Source of the DNA: Podarcis muralis
Taxonomy: Eukaryota
Length of the DNA stretch: 64,000 nucleotides
NCBI RefSeq assembly: GCF_964188315.1
Contig: NC_135667.1
Coordinates: 12,400,001 to 12,464,000 of the forward strand
Direction of reading: 5' to 3'
The notes beneath the pieces were generated by a model, which saw nothing but the letters and a program-made list of their open reading frames with translations, had not been told where the DNA came from and did no database searches. Below are positions 12,648 through 22,024 of this stretch, piece by piece. Positions within the stretch are counted from its first letter, which is position 1. Each line of letters starts with the position of its first letter. The position numbers and the translations under genes were made by a program.

Positions 12648-13580
12648 TTAAAGTTTGGTTTTTTTCATCACCCTGGCCACTGCCCCATGGACGTCCTTGT
12701 TACGCAAGGTGTAAATGACCGGGTTGAGTAGGGGGGTGACCACAATGTAAAAGAAAGCAATTTGCTTGTCCTGGTTGGGAGCGTTGGCTGACGCTGGCTT
12801 CAAGTACATGAAGATGAGGGTGCCATAGTACAAACTGACCACAGCCAAGTGGGAAGCACATGTGGAGAAAGCCTTGCGCCAACCAGCCCTTGATCCCATT
12901 TGTAACACAGACGACAGGATGAGTCCATAGGAGGTTAAGACAATGGAGAGAGGACAGAGGAGGACCACCACCGAGGTCCAGAAAACAATGGTTTCTGTTA
13001 CATAGGTGTTGTCACATGCGAGCTTCAGCACCAATGGTAGCTCACAGAAGAAGTGGTTGACATGGTTGGGGCCACAGTAGGGATGTTGGAAGGTGCAGCC
13101 TATGTTCAGTGCTGCAATGAGGCAGCAAATGATCCAGGAAGCGGAAGCAAGCTGCCATCGGCGGCTCCTGTCCATGGCGATGGTGTATAATAGTGGATGG
13201 CAGATGGCCAGGAAGCGGTCATAGGCCATGACAGCCAGCAGGAAGCACTCGGTGCCGCCTAGCGTCATGGTGGTGTACATTTGGATTGCGCAACGAGTGT
13301 GGGAGATGGCTCCATTTCCGGAGAGCAGGTGAGCTAGCATTTGGGGCACGGTGCTGGTGGTGTAGCAGATCTCCAAGACGGAGAGGTGAGTCAGGAAGAA
13401 GTACATGGGCGTGTGGAGTCTAGGGTCAGCCTGCACAATCATGATGATCACCAGGTTCCCCAGAAGGGTAAGTGAATATACAAGGAGAATCATGAAGAAG
13501 AGGAGAAGCTGGGTTGTGCGGTGACTGCTGAGTCCCACCAAGATGAACTCTCGGACGGAGGTTTGGTTTTCAGGTGTCAT
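12648..13580 (-). CDS. Olfactory receptor (class II), intact, 310 aa
   Basis: Start MTPENQTS (N-glycosylation sequon); LHTPMYFFL, MAYDRFLAICHPL, KAFSTCASHL and PLLNPVIYTLRNKD motifs; single-exon ORF. Confidence 0.97.
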   Translation of the reverse strand: MTPENQTSVREFILVGLSSHRTTQLLLFFMILLVYSLTLLGNLVIIMIVQADPRLHTPMYFFLTHLSVLEICYTTSTVPQMLAHLLSGNGAISHTRCAIQMYTTMTLGGTECFLLAVMAYDRFLAICHPLLYTIAMDRSRRWQLASASWIICCLIAALNIGCTFQHPYCGPNHVNHFFCELPLVLKLACDNTYVTETIVFWTSVVVLLCPLSIVLTSYGLILSSVLQMGSRAGWRKAFSTCASHLAVVSLYYGTLIFMYLKPASANAPNQDKQIAFFYIVVTPLLNPVIYTLRNKDVHGAVARVMKKTKL

Positions 13581-14917
13581 TCTGCTCTGCTTAGCTGCAG
13601 AGACAATGTGCCGCCGCTGGAGACAGTCTGATTTTCTTGGAGACAGCCTTAACAATGAAAAGTTACTCTTTGGTTCCTGAAAGGGAACAATGAATCCCAA
13701 AGCAATCTATGAAGATAAGAGAGAGAGAATTTGGTTCCTATAGAAGACTTCATTTTCCAGTGCTCCATTACTGCAAGTTAACATTTAGTGTCTTGAATTA
13801 TGTCTATTAGTATCGCTTTATAATTCTGGGGTGGGGTGTTAGGGGCGGGATATGATGGGTACCTTCTTGGGCACTCAGTTCTCACCTGTGGATCCTAGAA
13901 GCTGTCATTCGATAGCAGCCACACCCCAGGAATGGCTTCGACTGGACAGCTAAACCAGGTGAGGAAATTAATGTTCATGGCTAACTTAGATTCATAAATT
14001 TCATTGGGTCTACTCTATGAGTATGACCAGTATTGGAAACAACCCTTTGTAATAGGTTTGCTTTGAAGTCATTACATTCTGCACTAGGTAAAGTAATCTT
14101 TAGTCAGCCCAATTCCCCCCTCCACGTTTCTCATCTTTTGCCTGACCAGAGGTGGCAACCCTAGGTACCAGTCCAGGTTCCACCAGTCTGAAAGAATAAG
14201 AGCTAAAAAACAAACAAAAACAAGATGAGCCCATTCCTCCACAACAGAGCTTTCCAAAATTTTCATGTTGATGGCACACTTTTTACACATGCATCATCTC
14301 ACAACACAGTGATTCAGCTTTACTAGCAAAATGGAGGTTAACCTAACCCCATTCCAGCCCCAGGAGGTGGGTTTGCGCAAACACCTACACACTACAGCTG
14401 ACACGCTAGCGTGTCATGACACAGTTTCGAAAGCACTGCTCCGCAATCTTACTGTACTTCCCAATAGTAAACAAGCCACAATGTGAGATGCTTGCTTTGC
14501 ATGGAAACTCTATCACTGTTCTCCAGTCTTGGGCAGATGGCTTTCCTCTGCTTCATTAAGAGTTTGTTGTTTTGTTATGTTATTTGGGTATCCCAAGAGC
14601 AACAGGATTGTCACACCACAGAGGAAAAGAGTCATTTAACCTTCAAACAAAAGATTGCTGGGATGAGGAGAATCCCGTGGCACATCTTCCCAAACACTAC
14701 GCAGGCCTGCCCTGCAAACACGGTTGATATGCCCCTTTAATACATAGAGCGTCCATTCAAATCTGGTCATTAAATTTTATCGCTTGCATGGCAGTCCTGT
14801 ACATGTCTACCCTGAGTTACGTTTAATTGAGTGCAATGGGACTCATTCCTTTACCTCTTTTAAACTTTGCAGTAACCAAGTCTGACAGATCCACTCCAAT
14901 TCAACATGGGGAGGAGT

Positions 14918-15673
14918 TGTGGTGGAGCGCGTGGCCACCCACTCTCCTCTGGGGACAGGGACGAAGTCCCGCATTGCCCGGGGATCCCGGCCACGTAAGC
15001 GGCCAGCCAGCCAATCCGCTGGCTGGTGGGGGTGTGGCCAGGACCATTTAGGCTGAGGCGTGAGCCAGGGGCTTCCTCTTGGCTTGCTTCCTCAATCTCC
15101 CATCCTCCCTATTTTTCAGGTTTTAGTCATTGGCCTTGCTATGGAGCTTGGTTGGTTGCCGTTGAGGGGCCTGGTAGGAATTTTTCCACTTGGCAAATTG
15201 GTATCAGCCATTTGGTTTTCGCCTACCTCATAGCAATTGTCACAACTTTGTTAGGGTGGTGGTTAGGCATTGTTTGACCTTATAATGGGGGAGGGGAGGT
15301 GTGGCCATCACCTGCCCTTCCAAGCTTAAGGGCATTCCGTTAAAGGAATCCGGGGGTGTGGATCTTGTCCAAAGCCCAGGGCAGGGCTAGGGCCATGACA
15401 CAACCCTGATGGGAACACCCAGGGGAGCTCGAGTTGGTATGCATTGATGGGGCTCCCCCTTCTGGTGGTTTACCCTTACTGGACTCTGTGCTCAATGGGC
15501 AGGAGTCAGATATAGTTGGGTCCAAACAATGCCTAAGCCAATACCGCTCACATTCTGTAATCAATCAATAAAGTTGTGGCCAAATTTTGCCCAATAACAT
15601 TAACTTAATATCTGTGTCCTTGTGTGGGTTATTCTTCAAAGAGGGGTTGGTTTCGGGGTCTCAACACGCAACA
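14918..15673 (+). mobile_element. LTR-like repeat, possibly a solo LTR
   Basis: GC-rich block starting TGTGG and ending ...CAACA, with CCAAT and AATAAA (~15567); no convincing TSD found. Confidence 0.4.
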
Positions 15674-15899
15674 TCTGGACAGCCACCTGCCCATGGTGCA
15701 AAGTGGGAACAAATTGCAAATGAAGACAATGCATTGATGTGTGGAATCAAGTATAAATTGAAATCGCTATTGGTTTTGCAGGCTGAGACTCAGTGCATAT
15801 GTGTACAGCGTGTGGGAGGTGGGCTCCCCCCTCCCCAAGGAACCAGGGCACCAACTATAGGGGGTGGAAGGTGATGTGTGCGTGTGTGATGAGGTTTTT

Positions 15900-16350
15900 T
15901 TAAAAAAAGATGTTTAAAATGAGTATATCAAAAAAGCTCAAAGCATTTCTGTCAGGGATTAAAGGAGCAGAAGTCCCCCTATAAATATTAAACAACAACA
16001 GCTAGGCTTCTATATGTGCAGAAATGGAAGGAAGAAGAAGTTCCAACAAAAGAAGAATGGATAAGTAAGATGCAGTAATGGACTATCCAGAACTGGCAAA
16101 ATTAACAGCAAAATTAATCGTGTTTTATGGAAGAATGGATGCCTTTTTCAGACTATTTAAATAAATATTGCAGTATGATGAACTGGTGAGCAGGATTTGA
16201 GCTATGAGCAGAAGAAATAATTAGATTATAATATTGTGGTTATGATTTGATAGATGGGGTGCAACAGAAGGGGAGAAACAGCAAGGGGTGCGGAAAGGGG
16301 GTGGGAAGTCGACAAAAATAAGAGAAAAGATGAAATTGTCTATTGACTGC
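15900..16350 (+). mobile_element. L1/Tx1-clade LINE 3' fragment, degraded
   Basis: Broken frame resembling the reptile L1 ORF2 C-terminus (cagaaatggaaggaagaagaagttccaacaaaagaagaatgg = KWKEEEVPTKEEW). Confidence 0.6.
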
Positions 16351-16473
16351 ATATGTTTTTTTCTTTTCTTTTAAATAGAAAATTTGCATTTTTTAAATGT
16401 CACATTGAATTCCAGTACAGTTCAGTCCAAGAAAAACAACAAGTGACAGACCGAGTAACAAGTACAGGGAGGG

Positions 16474-16522
<49 letters not shown>

Positions 16523-16605
16523 CTTTCGTAGATTTTCACGGGTACAGGAATGCAGGTTTTGGTGTCCTCGGGTGTCTTCCCGTGTAAAAGATGGGGTGTC
16601 TAGGC

Positions 16606-16639
16606 GACGTTTCGACGAGGTCTCACTCGTCATCTTCAG
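16606..16639 (-). ncRNA. Minimal hammerhead ribozyme core motif (antisense pLTR, module I)
   Basis: Reverse complement of CTGAAGA-T-GACGAG-tgagac-CTCGTC-GAAA-CGTC. Confidence 0.6.
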
Positions 16640-16700
16640 GCTGGTGTTTTCGGCTTCTTGTTACTTGTTCTTCCAGTAACAAGAAGCCGAAAACACCAGC

Positions 16701-16734
16701 CTGAAGATGACGAGTGAGACCTCGTCGAAACGTC
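16701..16734 (+). ncRNA. Minimal hammerhead ribozyme core motif (module I)
   Basis: CTGAAGA, 6-bp helix II GACGAG/CTCGTC, GAAA, palindromic ACGT and a GTC cleavage triplet; helix I is weak. Confidence 0.6.
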
Positions 16735-16785
16735 GCCTAGACACCCCATCTTTTACACGGGAAGACACCCGAGGACACCAAAACC

Positions 16786-16819
<34 letters not shown>

Positions 16820-16953
16820 CTTTCTGGGACAAATGCAAACAACTAGCCGTCTGGAGAGCTGAAACAGAGACCTCACATAAGACAGACACACACACCAACA
16901 AACTCCACAAACTAGAGAAACGCCAGAAGCCCAGCCACCCTCCACAACAACCC

Positions 16954-19380
16954 ATGAAACAAACAGTACATAACATATCAGACAGGATCCTCACCTCAAC
17001 TGAAACCAAAGTACTCTCCAAAGGTTTCAACTTTGCAGTCGCCCCGAGACGCATCCCCACGGAAAACATCATATGCGGAGTCGAAGCTAGCCTAACCAAA
17101 ATCAACCCAGATGAAGCCAATAAAATCAGACTTGAAGTCACCAACATCCTCTGCTCCAGCAAACCACCCAGAAGCAATTTACACAAAGAAGAACAGAAAG
17201 CACTCACCAACCTGAGGAAAGACAACAACATAATCATTCTCCCAGCAGACAAAGGTAATGCCACTGTTGTGATGAACACATCGGACTACCAAGCAAAACT
17301 ATCAAATCTACTCCAAGACCCTACCTATCAACCTATAAAAACAGATCCCACCACCTATCTGGAAAAAACCACCAAATCCAAAATAAAAGCCTCTCCTATC
17401 AGTGAAGAAATCCAGCTAAGAATCATCCCCAGAGAAAAATCATCCAGATGCCCCAAACTCTACGGCCTCCCCAAGATACACAAAGAAGGAACACCACTCA
17501 GACCAATAGTCAGCTCCATAGGCTCACCTCTACAAAATCTCGCTAAATTTCTCGCCAAGCAACTTCAGCCCTATGCAGAATCCATCTCTTCACACGTTCC
17601 AAACTCCTTCCAGTTCATAGAAACAATAAAGAAGCAAAACCTACATCCCAATGACCTACTTGTGAGCTTCGATGTTGTATCTCTCTTCACACAAGTGCCC
17701 ATTAATGAAGCCTTGACAGCCATTCAAAACAAATACAATCCCCCCGAATACATCTTGGACCTGACCAACCACTGCCTAACCAACACGTACTTCATCCACA
17801 ATGGACAAAGATACAAACAGATAGAAGGAGCACCTATGGGATCACCCCTCTCACCGGTCATCGCAAACCTGTACATGGAACACTTTGAAACCAATGCTTT
17901 AGACAAGTCAGAACACAAACCCAAACTTTGGCTCAGATATGTTGACGACACCTTTGTAATTTGGCCACACGGGAAAGAAAAACTGGACAGCTTCCTCACA
18001 CATCTCAACAGCCTACACCCCAAAATACAATTCACTATGGAAATAGAAGCCAACAACCAACTTCCCTTCCTTGACGTCCTAATCTACAAAAAACCTGATG
18101 GCTCCCTAGGACACACTATCTACCGGAAAAAAACACACACCAACCGCTACTTACATGCACAATCACACCACCACCCTGCACAAATAAACTCCGTAGCCAA
18201 GACTCTCATCTCCAGAACCAAACGCCTGGCTGACAAAGACCACCTGACAACTGAGTTACAGAATCTCTCAAATGTGTTAATTGCCAATGGATACCAGCAA
18301 AACAGGGTTATGAAGCTAATCCAAAAAGAAACACCCCCCAAAAACCAAGACACAGAAGAAAACAATGGCATGGCCCTCCTTCCTTATATCAAGGGCACTA
18401 CAGATAAAATTAGCAAAATCCTCCATAAACACAATATCAAAACAGCCTTTTGCACCAACCAAAAAATAGCCAATATCCTCAGAAACCCCAAGGATAAAAT
18501 CCAGTTGGAAAACCAAGGGGTCTATGAAATACCCTGCAAAGTCTGCCCAGCCACGTACATTGGACAAACAAACAGACGAATAAATGCACGTATTGCAGAA
18601 CACAAGAATGCCGTCAAAAAAGAAGAAAAAACTTCCTCTCTTTTCCAACACATGAAAGAAACAGGACACGAAATTAATTTTGCAGATTCCAAATTGCTCT
18701 TTAACATGGAACATCACCACAAGAGAATAATCATGGAAGCCATCGAGATAGAGAAACACCCTCACAACATGAACAAGCGTGACGACACATCCCGCTTGCC
18801 AGACATCTGGAAATTAGCCCTCCCCACAAAAACTGACACCAGAGCCAGAGGCACACAGAACGCCATCACCAATCAACCACACCAGATCCAAACCCAGTCC
18901 CTCTCCACAGATAAATTACAGACACCATCCAGTAGCCAAACCATGGTGGCACCTCCGGATGCTGCACCCCCCTGCAATCCCTACACAGATCTGGCTGGCA
19001 CAGGCCACAAAACCACAGCTCGCCCCTATACACGAAGCCAAGCCAGAGCACAACTAATTTCAGTACAGCCATCTTCTCAGAAAAACTCTTCACAAAGTTC
19101 AAGAGGTCAAGACACAAAGGCCTTAGCAACTAATCCACACCTAATGACCCACCTAAGTGGTACTCAGGATATCACTCAAGAAATCACTCAAGATATCCCT
19201 CAAGTAATTAAGGAACAAAAGAAGAAAAGGCACACTAGCCTGGGAACTTCCTCTCTGCCCAGAACATTGGAGGCTATACACCACACCTCCTCAACAGTAT
19301 TTATAGGAACTCAAACACTGAGATCCTGCTCTGTTCCAGTAACAAGAAGCCGAAAGCACCAGCCTGAAGATGACGAGTGA
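16954..19380 (+). CDS. Penelope-like RT plus GIY-YIG endonuclease polyprotein (808 aa from first ATG; frame open upstream to at least 16825, so probably 5'-truncated)
   Basis: VHNISDRILT..VLSKGFNF, LYGLPKIHK, PLRPIVS, SFDVVSLFT, GAPMGSPLSP, WLRYVDDTF (RT); GVYEIPC..YIGQT..EH (GIY-YIG); no stops or frameshifts. Confidence 0.96.
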   Translation: MKQTVHNISDRILTSTETKVLSKGFNFAVAPRRIPTENIICGVEASLTKINPDEANKIRLEVTNILCSSKPPRSNLHKEEQKALTNLRKDNNIIILPADKGNATVVMNTSDYQAKLSNLLQDPTYQPIKTDPTTYLEKTTKSKIKASPISEEIQLRIIPREKSSRCPKLYGLPKIHKEGTPLRPIVSSIGSPLQNLAKFLAKQLQPYAESISSHVPNSFQFIETIKKQNLHPNDLLVSFDVVSLFTQVPINEALTAIQNKYNPPEYILDLTNHCLTNTYFIHNGQRYKQIEGAPMGSPLSPVIANLYMEHFETNALDKSEHKPKLWLRYVDDTFVIWPHGKEKLDSFLTHLNSLHPKIQFTMEIEANNQLPFLDVLIYKKPDGSLGHTIYRKKTHTNRYLHAQSHHHPAQINSVAKTLISRTKRLADKDHLTTELQNLSNVLIANGYQQNRVMKLIQKETPPKNQDTEENNGMALLPYIKGTTDKISKILHKHNIKTAFCTNQKIANILRNPKDKIQLENQGVYEIPCKVCPATYIGQTNRRINARIAEHKNAVKKEEKTSSLFQHMKETGHEINFADSKLLFNMEHHHKRIIMEAIEIEKHPHNMNKRDDTSRLPDIWKLALPTKTDTRARGTQNAITNQPHQIQTQSLSTDKLQTPSSSQTMVAPPDAAPPCNPYTDLAGTGHKTTARPYTRSQARAQLISVQPSSQKNSSQSSRGQDTKALATNPHLMTHLSGTQDITQEITQDIPQVIKEQKKKRHTSLGTSSLPRTLEAIHHTSSTVFIGTQTLRSCSVPVTRSRKHQPEDDE

Positions 19381-19397
19381 GACCTCGTCGAAACGTC
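19364..19397 (+). ncRNA. Minimal hammerhead ribozyme core motif (module II), overlapping the ORF stop codon
   Basis: Same 34-nt motif; the ORF ends CCT GAA GAT GAC GAG TGA inside it. Confidence 0.6.
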
Positions 19398-19448
19398 GCC
19401 TAGACACCCCATCTTTTACACGGGAAGACACCCGAGGACACCAAAACC

Positions 19449-19505
<57 letters not shown>

Positions 19506-19588
19506 CTTTCGTAGATTTTCACGGGTACAGGAATGCAGGTTTTGGTGTCCTCGGGTGTCTTCCCGTGTAAAAGATGGGGTGTCTAGGT

Positions 19589-19622
19589 GACGTTTCGACG
19601 AGGTCTCACTCGTCATCTTCAG
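19589..19622 (-). ncRNA. Minimal hammerhead ribozyme core motif (antisense arm, module III)
   Basis: Same 34-nt motif on the minus strand. Confidence 0.6.
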
Positions 19623-20400
19623 GCTGGTGCTTTCGGCTTCTTGTTACTGGAACAGAGCAGGATCTCAGTGTTTGAGTTCCTATAAATACTGTAGAGGAGG
19701 TTTGGTGTATAGCCTCCATTGTTCTGGGCAGAGAGGAAGTTCCCAGGCTAGTGTGCCTTTTCTTCTTTTGTTCCTTAATTACTTGAGGGATATCTTGAGT
19801 GATTTCTTGAGTGATATCCTGGGTACCACTTAGGTGGGTCATTAGGTGTGGATTAGTTGCTAAGGTCTTTGTGTCTTGACCTCTTGACCTTTGTGAAGAG
19901 TTTTTCTGAGAAGATGGCTGTACTGAAATTAGTTGTGCTCTGGCTTGGCTTCGTGTATAGGGGCGAGCTGTGGTTTTGTGGCCTGTGCAATCCCTACACA
20001 GATCTGGCTGGCACAGGCCACAAAACCACAGCTCGCCCCTATACACGAAGCCAAGCCAGAGCACAACTAATTTCAGTACAGCCATCTTCTCAGAAAAACT
20101 CTTCACAAAGGTCAAGAGGTCAAGACACAAAGACCTTAGCAACTAATCCACACCTAATGACCCACCTAAGTGGTACTCAGGATATCACTCAGGATATCAC
20201 TCAGGATATCACTCAAGAAATCACTCAAGATATCCCTCAAGTAATTAAGGAACAAAAGAAGAAAAGGCACACTAGCCTGGGAACTTCCTCTCTGCCCAGA
20301 ACAATGGAGGCTATACACCAAACCTCCTCTACAGTATTTATAGGAACTCAAACACTGAGATCCTGCTCTGTTCCAGTAACAAGAAGCCGAAAGCACCAGC

Positions 20401-20434
20401 CTGAAGATGACGAGTGAGACCTCGTCGAAACGTC
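20401..20434 (+). ncRNA. Minimal hammerhead ribozyme core motif (sense arm, module III)
   Basis: Same 34-nt motif. Confidence 0.6.
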
Positions 20435-20485
20435 GCCTAGACACCCCATCTTTTACACGGGAAGACACCCGAGGACACCAAAACC

Positions 20486-20544
<59 letters not shown>

Positions 20545-22024
20545 CACAATATGTGTTGGTATAATACAGTTGTGACTGAATGGTAGAAATTAGCTTGAAC
20601 AGCTGTCAGGAATATAGCACTCAATGCATTTCCAAAATAAGCACTAATGTTTAATTTCAGCACTTAAAAACACATTAGACCTTGGTCTTTTTCTAAACTA
20701 AAAAATGTTAACAGCAAGCTAGCTGAGTACCAGTAACTGGAAAGGTTTGGATAGAGAATGCTCTCCCCAGGCTTTCATACAGTGGAGAGATTATTATACC
20801 CACAACAATACACATGGCTAAAATCCATGCTGAATGTCAAACTGGCGATGTCCACTAATATCTTGTTCTAGGGAACTGTGTTCTAGAAGTTATCCTTTTG
20901 CATAAAAGCAAACAACAAGGTATAATCTTATGCAAAAATATTTCTCAAATCGTTTTAAATTGAGCAGAAAACTATAGGTATGTCATCATTATGAAAGAAA
21001 GTCTAAATACCATATTTTTCCGTGTATTAGACGAGGTTTTTTGACTCAAAAATCATGTCAAAAAACGGGGGTCATCCTATACACGGATAGTGGCATGGTG
21101 GGGTGCAGCACAGAGGATGAACAGAACCCATCATGCTAGCCCAGACCTTGCACTGAGTGGGGGGAGGGCACAAAGCGTTTACAGAGCCCACTGCTCCAGC
21201 CCAGCCCTCGCCACCAGAGTCACGTGGATCCACACTGGATGTCTGCCCGCCCACACTGCAGGGAGCCTGGCTGGTTGAATCAGCCCTGGGCAGGTGGCTA
21301 GTGGGCAGGCGTGACCTTTCCAGACCTGGTAAAAGGCCAAGGCATGCTGCCACTCTGTGTCTTTTCCATCTTCCTTTCGTCCTTTGAACTGCTGGACTGC
21401 TAGCCTGCAGTCACTAGGTAAATCTCCCTTATGGGGTAAACCTGTTTTTATACGTTTGTAACTTTAAGTCTAAAGCCTGCCTTCAGGGATCACACTGTGC
21501 TCTGCCGGATCGTGAGCAAGCTTTCTTTTTATTGCTTACGAATAAAGACACTGTCGTCTTCATTCTTTTAGGAGGAATTCAAGGGGTCTTACCAGGAAAA
21601 TGTTCGAACACCTTTCAATCTGGACAAGCCAGATTGAATTGCGTATTGTCTTAAGAAACTCACATGAGTTTGCAACTAGTTTTCTGCTGTGTAAAGGGGA
21701 ATGCACTCTGCTAAGTAAAGGAACTTGCCAGCGTAAGTTAGGAAGGATATTAATAAACAATATATACTCTCCTGCCACCCTGAACATTCCCACAGCCCAC
21801 ACATGATGTTTTGAAGATACAAATAGGGCTTGTGATTTGCTTCTGTGGGAGCAAAAGAGTAAGAGAGACTGCTCAGAACCTAAGACCTCTGACTAGGCTT
21901 CAGGACTGAGCGGAGACTTGATATGCAAATACAAAGCACATTAGGCCTTCTGGCACAGCATTCATTAAGGGGAACTGGCAGAAACTGGACAACACCTGGA
22001 CTAATGACACAAGACGTCAGCATC

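Larger units (their letters stand above)
16477..20543 (+). mobile_element. Penelope-like element cluster: three stacked insertions with inverted pseudo-LTRs, separated by (TA)n tracts
   Basis: (TA)n at 16477-16518, 16790-16815, 19453-19502 and 20490-20543. Modules 16519-16790, 16816-19453 and 19503-20490 each start with the antisense element end (t)ttgctttc and finish with the sense end aaaacctgca. Confidence 0.95.

Noticed and set aside
13581-13700. 40-aa N-terminal extension of the first OR given by the ORF track
   Set aside because: OR homology and the N-glycosylation sequon start at MTPENQT; the extension is probably intron or UTR
20180-20240. 12-bp gatatcactca(g/a) tandem repeats as a CRISPR-like array
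   Set aside because: No spacers; a simple minisatellite within the Penelope 3' region; eukaryotic context
16477-20543. Palindromes as a fold-back sequencing or assembly artefact
   Set aside because: Module-specific variants, a 24-bp repeat difference between arms and a consistent tail asymmetry fit real insertions; long-read confirmation is still needed
19606-20663. 165-186-aa ORFs and IYIYIY-containing ORFs around the pLTRs as new genes
   Set aside because: By-products of inverted pLTR copies and (TA)n tracts
20490-20770. Penelope palindromes as the cause of the adjacent duplication breakpoint
   Set aside because: Penelope arms are nearly identical whereas the duplicated blocks are visibly more diverged, so the element appears younger than the duplication
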